A stretch of DNA of 64,000 bases from an uncultured archaeon. GTDB lineage: Archaea; Aenigmatarchaeota; Aenigmatarchaeia; CG10238-14; SCSR01. The DNA lies in NCBI GenBank assembly GCA_964537835.1, contig CAZICS010000001.1, forward strand, positions 54,275 through 118,274, read 5' to 3'. Both the position numbers and the translations under genes were made by a program. The notes beneath the pieces are model-generated. The model was not told where the DNA came from and made no database searches. It saw nothing but the letters and a program-made list of their open reading frames with translations. This document shows positions 52,253-62,230 of the stretch, piece by piece (position 1 is the stretch's first letter; every line of letters starts with the position of its first letter).

Positions 52253-54262
52253 ATGGAATTGGTTTTAGCTAAGGATTTAAAATCTAAATCCTATATCCTA
52301 ACAGGAAAAAATTCATTCTTCTACCGATTCTGCGATACCGGGTTTAAAAATAAGTGGTGTGGTTTTTGGTTTGACGGAATTAAATTTTTAGACTATTTTG
52401 CTTTTAAACTAAATGATGAGTGGCTTTCCCCAGCTAATTGTAAGAGTTTTGAATATAATGAAATTTCTGCTTCCCATAATTTTTGCTTGGCTGATTTGGA
52501 CGCAAAGGAATTTTTATACTTATCTGAAACCACAGGCTCTTTAATTTGTGTTATTACTGTTAAAAACAATTCCTCAGAAAGAAGAAAAATCGATTTGTTT
52601 TTAGAAATGGGAGTAAACATTAAAGATTGGAATGAAAACTGGCATGAGAGAAGTTATTCAACCAAATGCTTGGAGAATAAGTTTGTCATAAATTCAGAGA
52701 AAGGTTCGATGGCTTTTGGTAGCTTTCCTTTTGGTTGCTTAGACTCTAAAGAAGAATATAAAGAGCATTATCCAGGTGGAGAAAAGCAAAGAATTTTTAT
52801 TCCTGGTATTTACAAGATTAGCTTTTATCTTGGCCCAGAATCGAGTCAAGAGGCTTTTTTCATCTTAGCCCCTGGGGCTAATGAACTTAATGCTTTAAAA
52901 AATTTTGAGAATGAGATAAATTCTTTTTCTTTTAGTTATTTAGAAAAAGAAAAAAAGTTGGCTAAAATTAAGAACATGGCAAGATTCGAATCTAACTTAG
53001 ATTTTCTTGATAAGCTTTTTGAATCTAGTGTAATAAGCTTGGAGAAGCTTGCCTTTAATTCAAGCTTCGGTTTTGGTTATTTTGCAGGCTATCCTTGGTT
53101 TTTACAATTTTGGGGAAGGGATTTAGCCTGGGTTTTACCAGCTATAATAGATTATGGAAATTTTGAGGCCGCAAAAAATGCTTTAAGAACACTTTTTAAA
53201 TTTCAGTCAAAGGACGGACAAATTCCTAATATAATTTTTTTGAATGGTGAAACAAGATATAACTCGGCTGATTCTACCCCTCTTACACTTATCGCTCTTT
53301 ATCATTATGTAATGAATTCAGGGGATGTTCTATTTTTAAACGAAATCGAAAGGAATTTGGAAAAAGTATTTGATTTCTATAGGAGTAAAAAAGATAAGAA
53401 TGGTTTTGTTAATAGTGAAGAAAAAGAAACTTGGATGGATAGCTTAGAGAGGAGAGGAAAAGTTTTAGAGATTCAAGCCTTTTGGATTCATGCTTTAAAA
53501 TGTGGAGCAAAGCTCCTTGAAATTTTGGGAAAAGATCCTAAGAAGATAAAGGAAGAGGCTTTAAAGCTAGAAAAAAATTTTGAAAAAGAATTTTGGAATG
53601 AGAAGGATAAATTTTATTTTGATAGAATTTTGAATGGAAAAAAATTCAAAGAAAAAACTGCGAATGTAATTTTCCCTCTATTCTTTGGGATTTCAAGAAA
53701 TTATGGTGAATCAATTAAAAGAATAGAAAGCGATGAATTCACTTCAAAGTTTGGTATAAGAACTATTTCAAAAAATGAAAATATTTATAATCCTGCAGGC
53801 TATCATACTGGTTCAAGCTGGGCATGGTTAATTGCTTTGTTTGCAGGAATAGAATTTAAATACGGGAATGTTAAGAAAGGACTAAATTATTTGAGAATTT
53901 TATTTAAGAGATTGAATAAAAACTGTATCTCTGCAATAGATGAAGCATGGAACTCAGAAAATGGAAGTTCTATGCTTCTAAAAGGAAATAAGCTGGAGGA
54001 AGGAGCTTGTTTGCAAGCATGGAGCTCTTTAGCTATTAGAGCTATAGATGAGTGCATGCTTGGAATTAAAGTTAATGCTTTGGAAAATAAGCTTATAGTT
54101 TCTCCCTGCTTGCTAGATGGAATGAAAATTAAAAGAAGGAAGAAAATAGGAGATGATTGGGTCAATTTAACCTTTAAAAGGAAGGGAAGAAAAGTTGAAA
54201 TAAAATATGAAAGCGAGCATAAAAAGGAGTATAAACTTATTAGAGCTCCTTTACTCAGTTAG
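52253..54262 (+). CDS. Glycogen debranching enzyme / amylo-alpha-1,6-glucosidase (GDE_C-type)
   Basis: AGYPWF..WGRD, SADST, TWMD, YHTG..WAW and QAWS motifs. Confidence 0.9.
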   Translation: MELVLAKDLKSKSYILTGKNSFFYRFCDTGFKNKWCGFWFDGIKFLDYFAFKLNDEWLSPANCKSFEYNEISASHNFCLADLDAKEFLYLSETTGSLICVITVKNNSSERRKIDLFLEMGVNIKDWNENWHERSYSTKCLENKFVINSEKGSMAFGSFPFGCLDSKEEYKEHYPGGEKQRIFIPGIYKISFYLGPESSQEAFFILAPGANELNALKNFENEINSFSFSYLEKEKKLAKIKNMARFESNLDFLDKLFESSVISLEKLAFNSSFGFGYFAGYPWFLQFWGRDLAWVLPAIIDYGNFEAAKNALRTLFKFQSKDGQIPNIIFLNGETRYNSADSTPLTLIALYHYVMNSGDVLFLNEIERNLEKVFDFYRSKKDKNGFVNSEEKETWMDSLERRGKVLEIQAFWIHALKCGAKLLEILGKDPKKIKEEALKLEKNFEKEFWNEKDKFYFDRILNGKKFKEKTANVIFPLFFGISRNYGESIKRIESDEFTSKFGIRTISKNENIYNPAGYHTGSSWAWLIALFAGIEFKYGNVKKGLNYLRILFKRLNKNCISAIDEAWNSENGSSMLLKGNKLEEGACLQAWSSLAIRAIDECMLGIKVNALENKLIVSPCLLDGMKIKRRKKIGDDWVNLTFKRKGRKVEIKYESEHKKEYKLIRAPLLS

Positions 54263-54457
54263 TTTATAAAGCAACCCTTTTTTATCTTTGATTATTTCTA
54301 TTTTCCCTTCTCTTCCTAACCATCCTAAGGCTCCAAAGACTTCATTCAGTTTAAGCTTAGCTTGCTTGGCTATTGCGCTTGCCGATAAAGCTCCTTTTTC
54401 CTTTAGAACATGCCAGACTTTTCCTGCGTTTACCCCAAAGATTTCTTCTGGTTTCAT
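54251..54457 (-). CDS. Small winged-helix protein (DUF2582-like)
   Basis: FGVNAGKVWHVL...ALGWLGREGKI signature. The start is placed at MKPEE (54457) rather than 54496, which overlaps the upstream gene. Confidence 0.8.
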   Translation of the reverse strand: MKPEEIFGVNAGKVWHVLKEKGALSASAIAKQAKLKLNEVFGALGWLGREGKIEIIKDKKGLLYKLTE

Positions 54458-54467
54458 ACTATCAAAT

Positions 54468-55226
54468 TTATTCTCCTGTAAAATAAATTTTTTCATACTT
54501 TTCTGGATCCTCTAACATATCTTTCAGCTTTTCAGGATTTTTTTCTAGAAGATTCAACGGATTTAATTTCTTTTTGATCTTTTTTATAAGCTTATATTCA
54601 CCTCCCTTATACCTCTCATTTTTTCTAATCTCAAACTTATCTTTCTTTTTGTCATAGAATAAATGAAAAGGGAATCCTTTTCCTTTAACAGCAAGATAGT
54701 TATGCCCAGCTTTTTCTGGAGCAAATGTTATAAAAAGACAATCTTTTTTAAAACTTGTAGTTCTATGTAAAAATCTGGGATGAATATAGACAAAATCACC
54801 TTCTCTAAGTTCAATGATAAAAGTTTCGTAAGTTTTTTTATCGGAAAGTATGAGGAAGCATTTATTCTTTAGAACATAATGTGCTTCCCCTACTTCAGCC
54901 TCATGAGCATGTCCATAGGTTGAAAAAAGTTCACCTTTATTTGAAAGTGAAAATATACCATGGTTAAGAATAGTGACATCTGAAACTATTTTGGTTTTTT
55001 CATAGAGTTTCTTGAATTTTTCTACAGCTTTCCAAAGTTGGTAGAGTTCATAGACGATAAAATCTCCACAAGCTTCAACCATTTTTTTAGCATTTTCTAA
55101 ATCAAGTATAACTCTGTCTTTTATTAATTCAGAAGCATATCTTTTCCAGTTTGGAATTTCTTTCTTGAAATCGAAGAATAAACCATCTTTTATTTGCTTG
55201 AAATCAAATCCAAAGTTTATTTTCAT
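54468..55226 (-). CDS. Cupin-type (archaeal) glucose-6-phosphate isomerase-like protein
   Basis: TYGHAH, E, HRT and GHNY match the cupin PGI metal ligands (H, H, E, H); located in a glucan cluster. Confidence 0.75.
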   Translation of the reverse strand: MKINFGFDFKQIKDGLFFDFKKEIPNWKRYASELIKDRVILDLENAKKMVEACGDFIVYELYQLWKAVEKFKKLYEKTKIVSDVTILNHGIFSLSNKGELFSTYGHAHEAEVGEAHYVLKNKCFLILSDKKTYETFIIELREGDFVYIHPRFLHRTTSFKKDCLFITFAPEKAGHNYLAVKGKGFPFHLFYDKKKDKFEIRKNERYKGGEYKLIKKIKKKLNPLNLLEKNPEKLKDMLEDPEKYEKIYFTGE

Positions 55227-55258
55227 ATTTAAATTTTGTTTTTCGGAAAATTAAAAAT

Positions 55259-56533
55259 ATGAAAGCTTTTTATGTTCCTTGGCTTCACATGCACCAGCCA
55301 TTAATCTGGCTTGATAATAAGCTGGTAAGCAACTTGGAAAAAATGCTTTTATCTAAAGATTCAAAAGAGGTTTGGGACGCAAAATTAATGGCAAGAGCTT
55401 ACAAAAATCCTGCTAAGTATGTAAAAAAGCTTAGGGAAGAAGGTTATCAAGCAAAAATTATGCTTGATTATTCTGGAGTTTTGCTTGAAAGTTTGGCTGA
55501 CTTAGCAAAAAGGAAAGTTTTGGATATAGAAGTTGAGGGAGAGAAGGTTGGAGATATAATAAAATTTTTTAAAGAAGTTTTGGAAAAATTTCCAGATTCT
55601 ATAGAGTTTGTTGCAACAGCCTATTCTCATTGCTATTTTCCCGCAACTCCTGAGCAAGATTGGAAGATGCAAATAGAAGAGTGGAAGCAGGTTTTTAAAA
55701 AATTATTTGGGAAGAAAGCTTTGGAGAGAGTAAAAGGATTTTGGCTGCCAGAACTTGGAGTTCCAGGGTTTGAAGATAAGCTCGAGAAATTGATAAAAGT
55801 TTTAAATGAGGAAGAAATAGAATGGCTTTTCCTACCTTTACAAGCTGTTGAGAATTATGAGAAGCTTAGCTATGAGGAACGAATAAGAATAGCTTGCATG
55901 CCTCATTTGCTTAAAATAAAAGATCAATCAATTCCAGTAATTTTTAGAACACCTTCCTATTTCATAGACCAGCAAGCTGGTTGCTTAGCTGGAGAAGTAT
56001 GCAAAAAAGTTAAGGAAGCAATTCAAATCTTTTCAAAATTTAACAAACCTGCTTTGATAGTTCCTGCCAGCGATGGGGAAAACGGGAATGTGATGATGAA
56101 TGAATTCTTTCCTTTAACTTTTGAGCCTTTATTCAAAAATTATGTTGGAAGAGAATTTGGTTCCTTAACAATTTCTGAATTTCTACACGAGTTTTATGAA
56201 AAGAGGGGAGAAATCAGGCCAGAAAGTGAAATCAAGCTTAAGACTCTAGGAGCTTCATGGATAGATGGACATGAACTTTGGCTAAAGGGTTCAAGAAGAT
56301 TAGAGATGGTTAAAAAAGTTTATGAGTTGAGCAAGAGATTTCACGAGCTTGAAAGAAAAATCTTGGAAAAGGTTGGAGAAATAGAAGAATTGAAAGAAGT
56401 TAGAAGGCTTTTACTAATTTCTGAGACTTCATGCTATGTTTATTGGAATATTGAGTTCTGGTTTAAACAAGGAGAAAAAACTATAGAGCTTGCAAACAAA
56501 AAAATTTCTGAATTAGAGAAGAAATATTTATAA
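55259..56533 (+). CDS. Second GH57-family glycoside hydrolase
   Basis: WLHMHQP, AYSHCYF, WLPELG, SDGENG and ETSCYVYW motifs. Confidence 0.88.
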   Translation: MKAFYVPWLHMHQPLIWLDNKLVSNLEKMLLSKDSKEVWDAKLMARAYKNPAKYVKKLREEGYQAKIMLDYSGVLLESLADLAKRKVLDIEVEGEKVGDIIKFFKEVLEKFPDSIEFVATAYSHCYFPATPEQDWKMQIEEWKQVFKKLFGKKALERVKGFWLPELGVPGFEDKLEKLIKVLNEEEIEWLFLPLQAVENYEKLSYEERIRIACMPHLLKIKDQSIPVIFRTPSYFIDQQAGCLAGEVCKKVKEAIQIFSKFNKPALIVPASDGENGNVMMNEFFPLTFEPLFKNYVGREFGSLTISEFLHEFYEKRGEIRPESEIKLKTLGASWIDGHELWLKGSRRLEMVKKVYELSKRFHELERKILEKVGEIEELKEVRRLLLISETSCYVYWNIEFWFKQGEKTIELANKKISELEKKYL

Positions 56534-56568
56534 GAAAAATCAAAATTAATTTTTAATTAGGTTTTAGA

Positions 56569-57741
56569 ATGAGGATAGCTTTATTTTCTTGGGAATCCTT
56601 GCATTCTTTGCCTGTTGGTGGGTTAGCTGTTCATGTAACTGAGCTGGCTGCTGCTTTAGAAAGAAAAGGAAATGAGGTTCATGTTTTTACGAGGATTGGG
56701 CCAAACCAAAAGATCTATGAGGTTATAGATGGCGTGCATTATCATCGCTGTCCTTTTGCTTTTAATTCCAACTTCATCTATGAAATGACCAATAACATGT
56801 GTAAATCAATGGCCCATTTCTTTTTTGAAACTGAAAATGTAGCAGGTCATTTTGATATAATTCATGGTCATGATTGGCATGTTGTGAATGCTTTGGATGA
56901 AATAAAAAGAGCGAGGAATAAAAAAGTGATTTTTACTTTACATTCAACCCAGTACGGAAGAGATGGTAATCATTTTCATGATGGAGCAGCTCAAGATATA
57001 AGAAATATAGAATGGTTCGGGACTTATGTAGCTGATAGGGTTATAGTTTGTTCTAATGCGATGAAAAATGAGGTTATGCGAATCTATAGAGTTCCTGATT
57101 GGAAGATGAGAGTCATACCAAATGGAGTTTGGGCAAGGAATTTTGATGGATTTATTGATGCATGGAAAGATGTAAAACAATACTTTGGATTTGCTCCTCT
57201 TGATCCGATGATAGTTTATGTAGGTAGGATGACCGTTCAAAAAGGACCTGATTTATTGATAGAGGCTATTCCAGATGTTCTAAAAGATTTTCCTAATGCA
57301 AAATTTGTTTTTGTGGGCGATGGCTACATGAAACCACAGCTTGAGAAAAGGGTAGGCGAGCTAAATTTATGGCATGCAGTTAGATTTACTGGTTATATCC
57401 CAAATGACTGGAAAACCAAGATTATGAAGGCAGCTGAATGCATAGTTGTACCTAGCAGGAATGAGCCATTTGGAATAGTTGTTTTAGAAGGTTGGAGCTG
57501 CTATAAGCCTGTAATAGCAACTCATGGAACAGGAGCTGGCGAACTAATTTGGCACGATGTGACTGGCTTGAGAGTTTATCAAGCTCCTAATTCTATAGCC
57601 TGGGGCATAAAAGAAATTTTGAGAAATCCGGAGAAAGCAAAATGGATGGGAAAGAATGGAAGGAATGCTGCAGAAAAAGTTTTCAACTGGGATAGGATAG
57701 CCGAACAAACTTTGAAAGTTTATGAGGAAGTTTTGGGTTAA
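56569..57741 (+). CDS. GT4 glycosyltransferase (probable glycogen/alpha-glucan synthase-like)
   Basis: VGGLAVHV, HGHDW, VGRMTVQKG and PSRNEPFGIVVLE motifs. Confidence 0.9.
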   Translation: MRIALFSWESLHSLPVGGLAVHVTELAAALERKGNEVHVFTRIGPNQKIYEVIDGVHYHRCPFAFNSNFIYEMTNNMCKSMAHFFFETENVAGHFDIIHGHDWHVVNALDEIKRARNKKVIFTLHSTQYGRDGNHFHDGAAQDIRNIEWFGTYVADRVIVCSNAMKNEVMRIYRVPDWKMRVIPNGVWARNFDGFIDAWKDVKQYFGFAPLDPMIVYVGRMTVQKGPDLLIEAIPDVLKDFPNAKFVFVGDGYMKPQLEKRVGELNLWHAVRFTGYIPNDWKTKIMKAAECIVVPSRNEPFGIVVLEGWSCYKPVIATHGTGAGELIWHDVTGLRVYQAPNSIAWGIKEILRNPEKAKWMGKNGRNAAEKVFNWDRIAEQTLKVYEEVLG

Positions 57742-57773
57742 ATTTATAAGCTACCTTTTCTTAAAAATAGAGC

Positions 57774-57995
57774 ATGAAATGCTGGTTTTGTGAGAAGGAG
57801 GCAAGAGGAATTTGTATAGTTTGCGGAAGAGCGGTTTGTCATGAACATGGCTATAAGCTTGACCAATTCACTCATGCAAAAAGTGATACAAGCACAGGTT
57901 TTGCAAGCTACTTCAAAGCTTTTAATGTTCTAAAGTGTAAAGAGTGTAAGATAGAGTGGGAAACTTGGGAGCAAGGGAAGCGAATAGTTAAATAG
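57774..57995 (+). CDS. Small zinc-finger protein
   Basis: CWFC...CIVCGRAVCHEH...CKEC. Confidence 0.75.
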   Translation: MKCWFCEKEARGICIVCGRAVCHEHGYKLDQFTHAKSDTSTGFASYFKAFNVLKCKECKIEWETWEQGKRIVK

Positions 57996-58653
57996 CTTTG
58001 GCCTTGATTACCAAGTAGTGAGGATAATAGTTTTCCTCTAAGCTAGAAGAACCTAGTTCCTTAATCTCTTCAATCTTAAATTCTTGAGAAATTATAGTAT
58101 TCAGATAATCTTCTAAGGTCCAGTGGTAGTTAAAATATCTAATATTTCCGTTTATTTTCAGAAACTTGCCTCTCTTGAAGTAATTTTTTGTATGTCTCAC
58201 CATTCTCTCTATAGGATGAGGGACTACTACTAAAAGTTCTCCATCTTTCTTTAAAATTCTTCTGAATTCTTTTAAAACAGCTTTCAAGTTTTTCTTATAC
58301 ATAAGAGAAAAAACCGAAAGGACTAGGTCAAAACTTTCCCTTTCGAATCCTGTCCTTTCCATATCTCTGAGGAAAAATTTTACTCCTAGATTTTTACATC
58401 TCTTTCTAGCTAATTTAATCATAAATTCGCTGACATCTATTCCAACAACTTTTGCGCCTCTCTTTGCTAGCAATTCACATTCTTTTCCCGTGCCACAGCC
58501 AGCATCCAAAATTTTCTTTTCTCTCGAATCATTAATCACAGAAATGATTATTTGTGAAATCTTTTTTCTGTCAGGATTTTTCTCTTCTTTCTTAACAAAA
58601 AATTTTCCATAGGTATTGTAAATTTTTCTCGCTTCTTTTGCATCTTCATCCAT
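57988..58653 (-). CDS. Class I SAM-dependent methyltransferase
   Basis: ILDAGCGTG, VGIDVS, FDLV and RILKKDG motifs. Confidence 0.9.
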   Translation of the reverse strand: MDEDAKEARKIYNTYGKFFVKKEEKNPDRKKISQIIISVINDSREKKILDAGCGTGKECELLAKRGAKVVGIDVSEFMIKLARKRCKNLGVKFFLRDMERTGFERESFDLVLSVFSLMYKKNLKAVLKEFRRILKKDGELLVVVPHPIERMVRHTKNYFKRGKFLKINGNIRYFNYHWTLEDYLNTIISQEFKIEEIKELGSSSLEENYYPHYLVIKAKAI

Positions 58654-58690
58654 AAGTCTTAAATTGATTTTTGGTGTTTTAAGCTCATTT

Positions 58691-58707
58691 TACCACCGAA
58701 GGGGTTA
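58691..58707. promoter_or_regulatory. Possible TrmB-family operator (TGM-like)
   Basis: TACCAC-N5-GGGTTA versus the Thermococcales glycolytic motif TATCAC-N5-GTGATA (3 mismatches), upstream of the trmB-like gene. Confidence 0.3.
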
Positions 58708-58750
58708 AAAATTAAAAATTTTCGCGCATCAAATAATTAATCGTGAGCCG

Positions 58751-59560
58751 ATGAATAGAGAAGAGATAGAAGAAATGTTAAAGAATTTTGGCTTGAGTGA
58801 GTATGAAGCAAAAGCTTACTATGCCCTTTTACTGCTTGGACATTCAAAAGCTAGCGAAATATGCAAGCTTGCAAGAATTCCTCAATCAAAGATTTATGAA
58901 GTTTTGGATAGGTTAGCTGAAAAAAATTTGGTTGAAGTTTATGAAGTAAGGCCAAAAGAGTTTAAACCAATTTCCCCTCAAGTTGTATTGAGAAATTTTT
59001 TAGAAGCTCAAGAAAGAAAGATTAAGGAAATGAAGGAGAAAATCGAGGAGCTTGTCACTTCTTTAAACTCGAGAGGAACTAAAGTTTTCGAGGGAATTTG
59101 GGCTTCTAGGGAAAGAGGATGGAAGGTTTTCATGAATAAGGCTACTGAAATGTTCGAGCATGCTGAGAACTATGTTTTTGTTATGAGTAAGTACTTTTCT
59201 TGGTCTTCAAGGCTAGCAAAAGCAGTGAAAGCTTGCATTAAAAGAGGAGTTGAAATTAAAACCATAGCTTCCAAAGGTATAGACGAGACAAATTACTATA
59301 GAGCTAAGTGGTACCATGACAATGGAGTTAAGATAAGAGTTTTAAGATCTGGCAAATACCCTAGCTTAATAGACGTAGATGGAAAAGAGGTTTTGCTAAG
59401 GCTGGATAAAAATTCTAGTAGAAGAAACCCAGTTTTTACTTCAATCTGGTCGAAGGATGAAGGTTTTACCAGGATAATCGATACTTTTGTTAAGCACATA
59501 TGGAGGAATTCGAGGCCAGTCGATTTCGAGAAGTTGAAGAAGTTAGTCGAGAAAGCTTAA
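58751..59560 (+). CDS. trmB: TrmB-family transcriptional regulator
   Basis: FGLSEYEAKAYYALL...IPQSKIYEVLDRL...RPKEFKPISP HTH plus a C-terminal effector-domain-like region. Confidence 0.9.
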   Translation: MNREEIEEMLKNFGLSEYEAKAYYALLLLGHSKASEICKLARIPQSKIYEVLDRLAEKNLVEVYEVRPKEFKPISPQVVLRNFLEAQERKIKEMKEKIEELVTSLNSRGTKVFEGIWASRERGWKVFMNKATEMFEHAENYVFVMSKYFSWSSRLAKAVKACIKRGVEIKTIASKGIDETNYYRAKWYHDNGVKIRVLRSGKYPSLIDVDGKEVLLRLDKNSSRRNPVFTSIWSKDEGFTRIIDTFVKHIWRNSRPVDFEKLKKLVEKA

Positions 59561-59590
59561 AAGTTTAAGAACTTATTATTAGGTTTATGT

Positions 59591-61192
59591 TCAGCTAGAA
59601 AGATACCTATCTAAGAATTTTGTAAAAGCGTAAATGCTAAGGGTACCAGCTGCCAACCAAATAACATTCCTTAGCGTTTTATCATTTTCGATTCTAATGA
59701 AATTTCTCAGCCTATAGTTTCTTGAGTTGAATGAACGATTTTCTAATCTTCTAATTTGATTTAACTGATTCCTATATTCCTTTAAAAGTCTATCTATCTC
59801 ATTCAACCTTTTCCTATAATTTTGAATGTTTTGATTAATCTCATCCACCATAGCTTGCAATCTCCTTTCTCGGGCTACTTGCGGAGAAACTTCCTCTAAT
59901 CTTTTCTTCTTAACAAATCGCTTCGGAGGAATAGTTATCCCTCTTCTTAAGTAATTGTTCCTCAAAAAATCAAGATACCACTTAATTCCTTTTGGCTTAT
60001 GAAGGTCGACTTGCTGAGCAACATAAAGGTAAGCTAAGGGATAAACTTGAAATTCTGGTAAATAATAAGGAGCAGAAAGTTTTTCTCCTGTGTAAAAGCC
60101 AATCCCTCTTTCCAAATACTCTAATTTCCTTAGCTTAGCCCCGAACTTAACCAAACTCTTAAGAGAATTCTCTAGGCCAGCGAATTCTTTTGGAACATTT
60201 TCTATGCAAGCGTTTTCTATCGAAAGGTAAGAGGCTATTCCTTCTTCCAAAATCTTGAAGGGCAACGATTTAGAAATATAGCTAAAGCATGATTCATAAA
60301 GTTTGCTCAACGGAATTTTCGAAATGTCTGAAATTTCTATTCCATGCCTTCTAACGATTTCCCAAAAAACAAAAGGATTCGTTAGATCTTTCCCTCTTAC
60401 GTCAATTCCTTTTTGCTCAAGTTTTTCCCTCAATTTTTTATCTATTGAACCAAAGAGAATTCCCCTATCTCGAAAAATCCTGAAAATCGGTAAGTCTTTG
60501 AACGATTCGTCAAAAGCTTTGGAAACAGCTAGGGAAAAAGCATCCGAGTTGTACAAGTTTGAAACGTGGTGAAGAATTTCATGAGTAGGTGTGGTTATTC
60601 CGCTAGAAAGAGACCTAAAAACCGAGGGCTTAAGCCCGATTTCCACTTTCAATTTATTCTCCAAATAATACTCGTCTAAAACTTTTCCTGCGTTCTTTTC
60701 TATCCCAGAAATCCAAGGAGTAAGCTTGTATCCCACTTTACCTTTTCCTATCGGAGACAAATCGAGCTCCAATTCTTTTTCTTCCTCGTTCCTCAAATAG
60801 CTCTTAATCCCCATTTTTCTAAGGCTAGAAGAAATTATAGAATAAATTAGTTCGCTTTCAAAAGGCTGGTCAACAAATTCTCCGAATAGCATTTCGGCAA
60901 AAGTATTGGAAAGGTTTTGAAGCTTGTACCTGAATTTAAAGTAAGCATCTTTCTCTCCTTCTTCCAAATCTTTTTTACGCTCTAGGAGCCAGTTTAAATC
61001 GTTCAAAGTCCCTTCTTGACCTGAGCTAAAAAGAAACTCAGGATGGAGCTCATCCTTAAGCTCATACAAGCTTTCTACCAATTCCTTTTTTGTTTCCCTC
61101 AACTCTATTTCATAGAGGTTTGGTAAAACTTTAAACTCCTCCTTATCTTTTCTTGGAATGAACTTTAAGATTTCTTTAAAAAGTTCAGGCAT
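59591..61192 (-). CDS. Hypothetical protein with HEXXH...EG (gluzincin-like) motif, C-terminal coiled coil and hydrophobic tail
   Basis: THEILHH (HEILH at 60569-60583), downstream LEEGIASY, and tail VIWLAAGTLSIYAF. Confidence 0.7.
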   Translation of the reverse strand: MPELFKEILKFIPRKDKEEFKVLPNLYEIELRETKKELVESLYELKDELHPEFLFSSGQEGTLNDLNWLLERKKDLEEGEKDAYFKFRYKLQNLSNTFAEMLFGEFVDQPFESELIYSIISSSLRKMGIKSYLRNEEEKELELDLSPIGKGKVGYKLTPWISGIEKNAGKVLDEYYLENKLKVEIGLKPSVFRSLSSGITTPTHEILHHVSNLYNSDAFSLAVSKAFDESFKDLPIFRIFRDRGILFGSIDKKLREKLEQKGIDVRGKDLTNPFVFWEIVRRHGIEISDISKIPLSKLYESCFSYISKSLPFKILEEGIASYLSIENACIENVPKEFAGLENSLKSLVKFGAKLRKLEYLERGIGFYTGEKLSAPYYLPEFQVYPLAYLYVAQQVDLHKPKGIKWYLDFLRNNYLRRGITIPPKRFVKKKRLEEVSPQVARERRLQAMVDEINQNIQNYRKRLNEIDRLLKEYRNQLNQIRRLENRSFNSRNYRLRNFIRIENDKTLRNVIWLAAGTLSIYAFTKFLDRYLSS

Positions 61193-61751
61193 AGACTACC
61201 ACTTTCTTCTTCTTTCTCTTCTTTTTCTTGATCAACGGTTTTTCCAGCTTTTTCTCTTTCTTCGGCAAGTAAGACTTGAGTTTCTTGAGCATAGGTTCTC
61301 TTAAAGGTTGAGGAAGCGTTTCAAGTATATCTTTAAGCAAATAGAGTAATTTCTCGAAATCCGTCGATTTCATGCTTTCTTCCAAAAGTTTTTTGAGTTC
61401 TTCCGAGCTTTCATAAGCTAGAGAAAAGATTAACCTATCGATCGGGCTTATTCTACCGACTGCATAGCCTCTTATCTCTGGATAATTGGATAGAAGATTA
61501 AGCAAGGTAGCTTTTTCAACAGCATTTAGCTTGTTTATTCTTTCCAATTCTTCTTTAAGAATAGAAAGGTCTAGAGCTCCCTTGTAAAGCAATTCATTCC
61601 TAAGATAGATTGAAACTTCTTTTTTAAGCTTATCTAAATAAAGTGATAAAGGGTTCATGCAAGAGTAAGGAGAGAGCATGAAATATATGCCGCTATCGTC
61701 TATCCTTTTTCTTAAAGTATAGTATTCAGAATCAGAAACTTTTAGTTTCAT
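61185..61751 (-). CDS. Hypothetical helical protein with a poly-Lys C-terminus
   Basis: 188-aa ORF overlapping the next start by 8 nt (translational coupling). Confidence 0.7.
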   Translation of the reverse strand: MKLKVSDSEYYTLRKRIDDSGIYFMLSPYSCMNPLSLYLDKLKKEVSIYLRNELLYKGALDLSILKEELERINKLNAVEKATLLNLLSNYPEIRGYAVGRISPIDRLIFSLAYESSEELKKLLEESMKSTDFEKLLYLLKDILETLPQPLREPMLKKLKSYLPKKEKKLEKPLIKKKKRKKKKVVVYA

Positions 61752-61814
61752 GTTTGATTATGGAAAGAATTTTTTATAAATCAGTTTAGGACAACCAAGG
61801 TAGTGAGTAATTAA

Positions 61815-62213
61815 TTACTTGCTTTTCTTTCTCTTATGATACCTAATCAGGGTTTTTGCCAAATAATCACAAAAATCGACTAGGAAAAATATACTCGAAG
61901 ATATCTTGATCGTTCGCATAAGCGAGGAGTTTTCAGAATCTTCGATTTCTCTAACCAAATCTTCTAAATGATTTATCTTCCCTTTAATACTAGGAGCTTC
62001 TGACTTATCCAGTGTCATTATACTTTTTGCAATTTGCTTAAATTCTTTTAGATATTTTTTCTTTCCGCTTTTCCATTCTGTATAGGATACGGAAAAGTAT
62101 TCAGCATCATCTAATTTGCTAGAATAATATTCACGAATTTCCCATAGTTTTTTCAATAAACCGACAGAGTTTGCATTTTTCATCTTTTTGGAAGGATAGA
62201 TGTATGCTACCAT
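61815..62213 (-). CDS. Hypothetical protein
   Basis: 132-aa ORF, co-oriented and 17 nt downstream of the nuclease-AAA gene. Confidence 0.6.
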   Translation of the reverse strand: MVAYIYPSKKMKNANSVGLLKKLWEIREYYSSKLDDAEYFSVSYTEWKSGKKKYLKEFKQIAKSIMTLDKSEAPSIKGKINHLEDLVREIEDSENSSLMRTIKISSSIFFLVDFCDYLAKTLIRYHKRKKSK

Positions 62214-62230
62214 GGTTCAAAATAAAATCT

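Noticed and set aside
59430..59555. Local cluster of TCGA tetramers at the 3' end of trmB
   Set aside because: They lack the TGTCGA consensus and regular spacing, and can be explained by codon choice.
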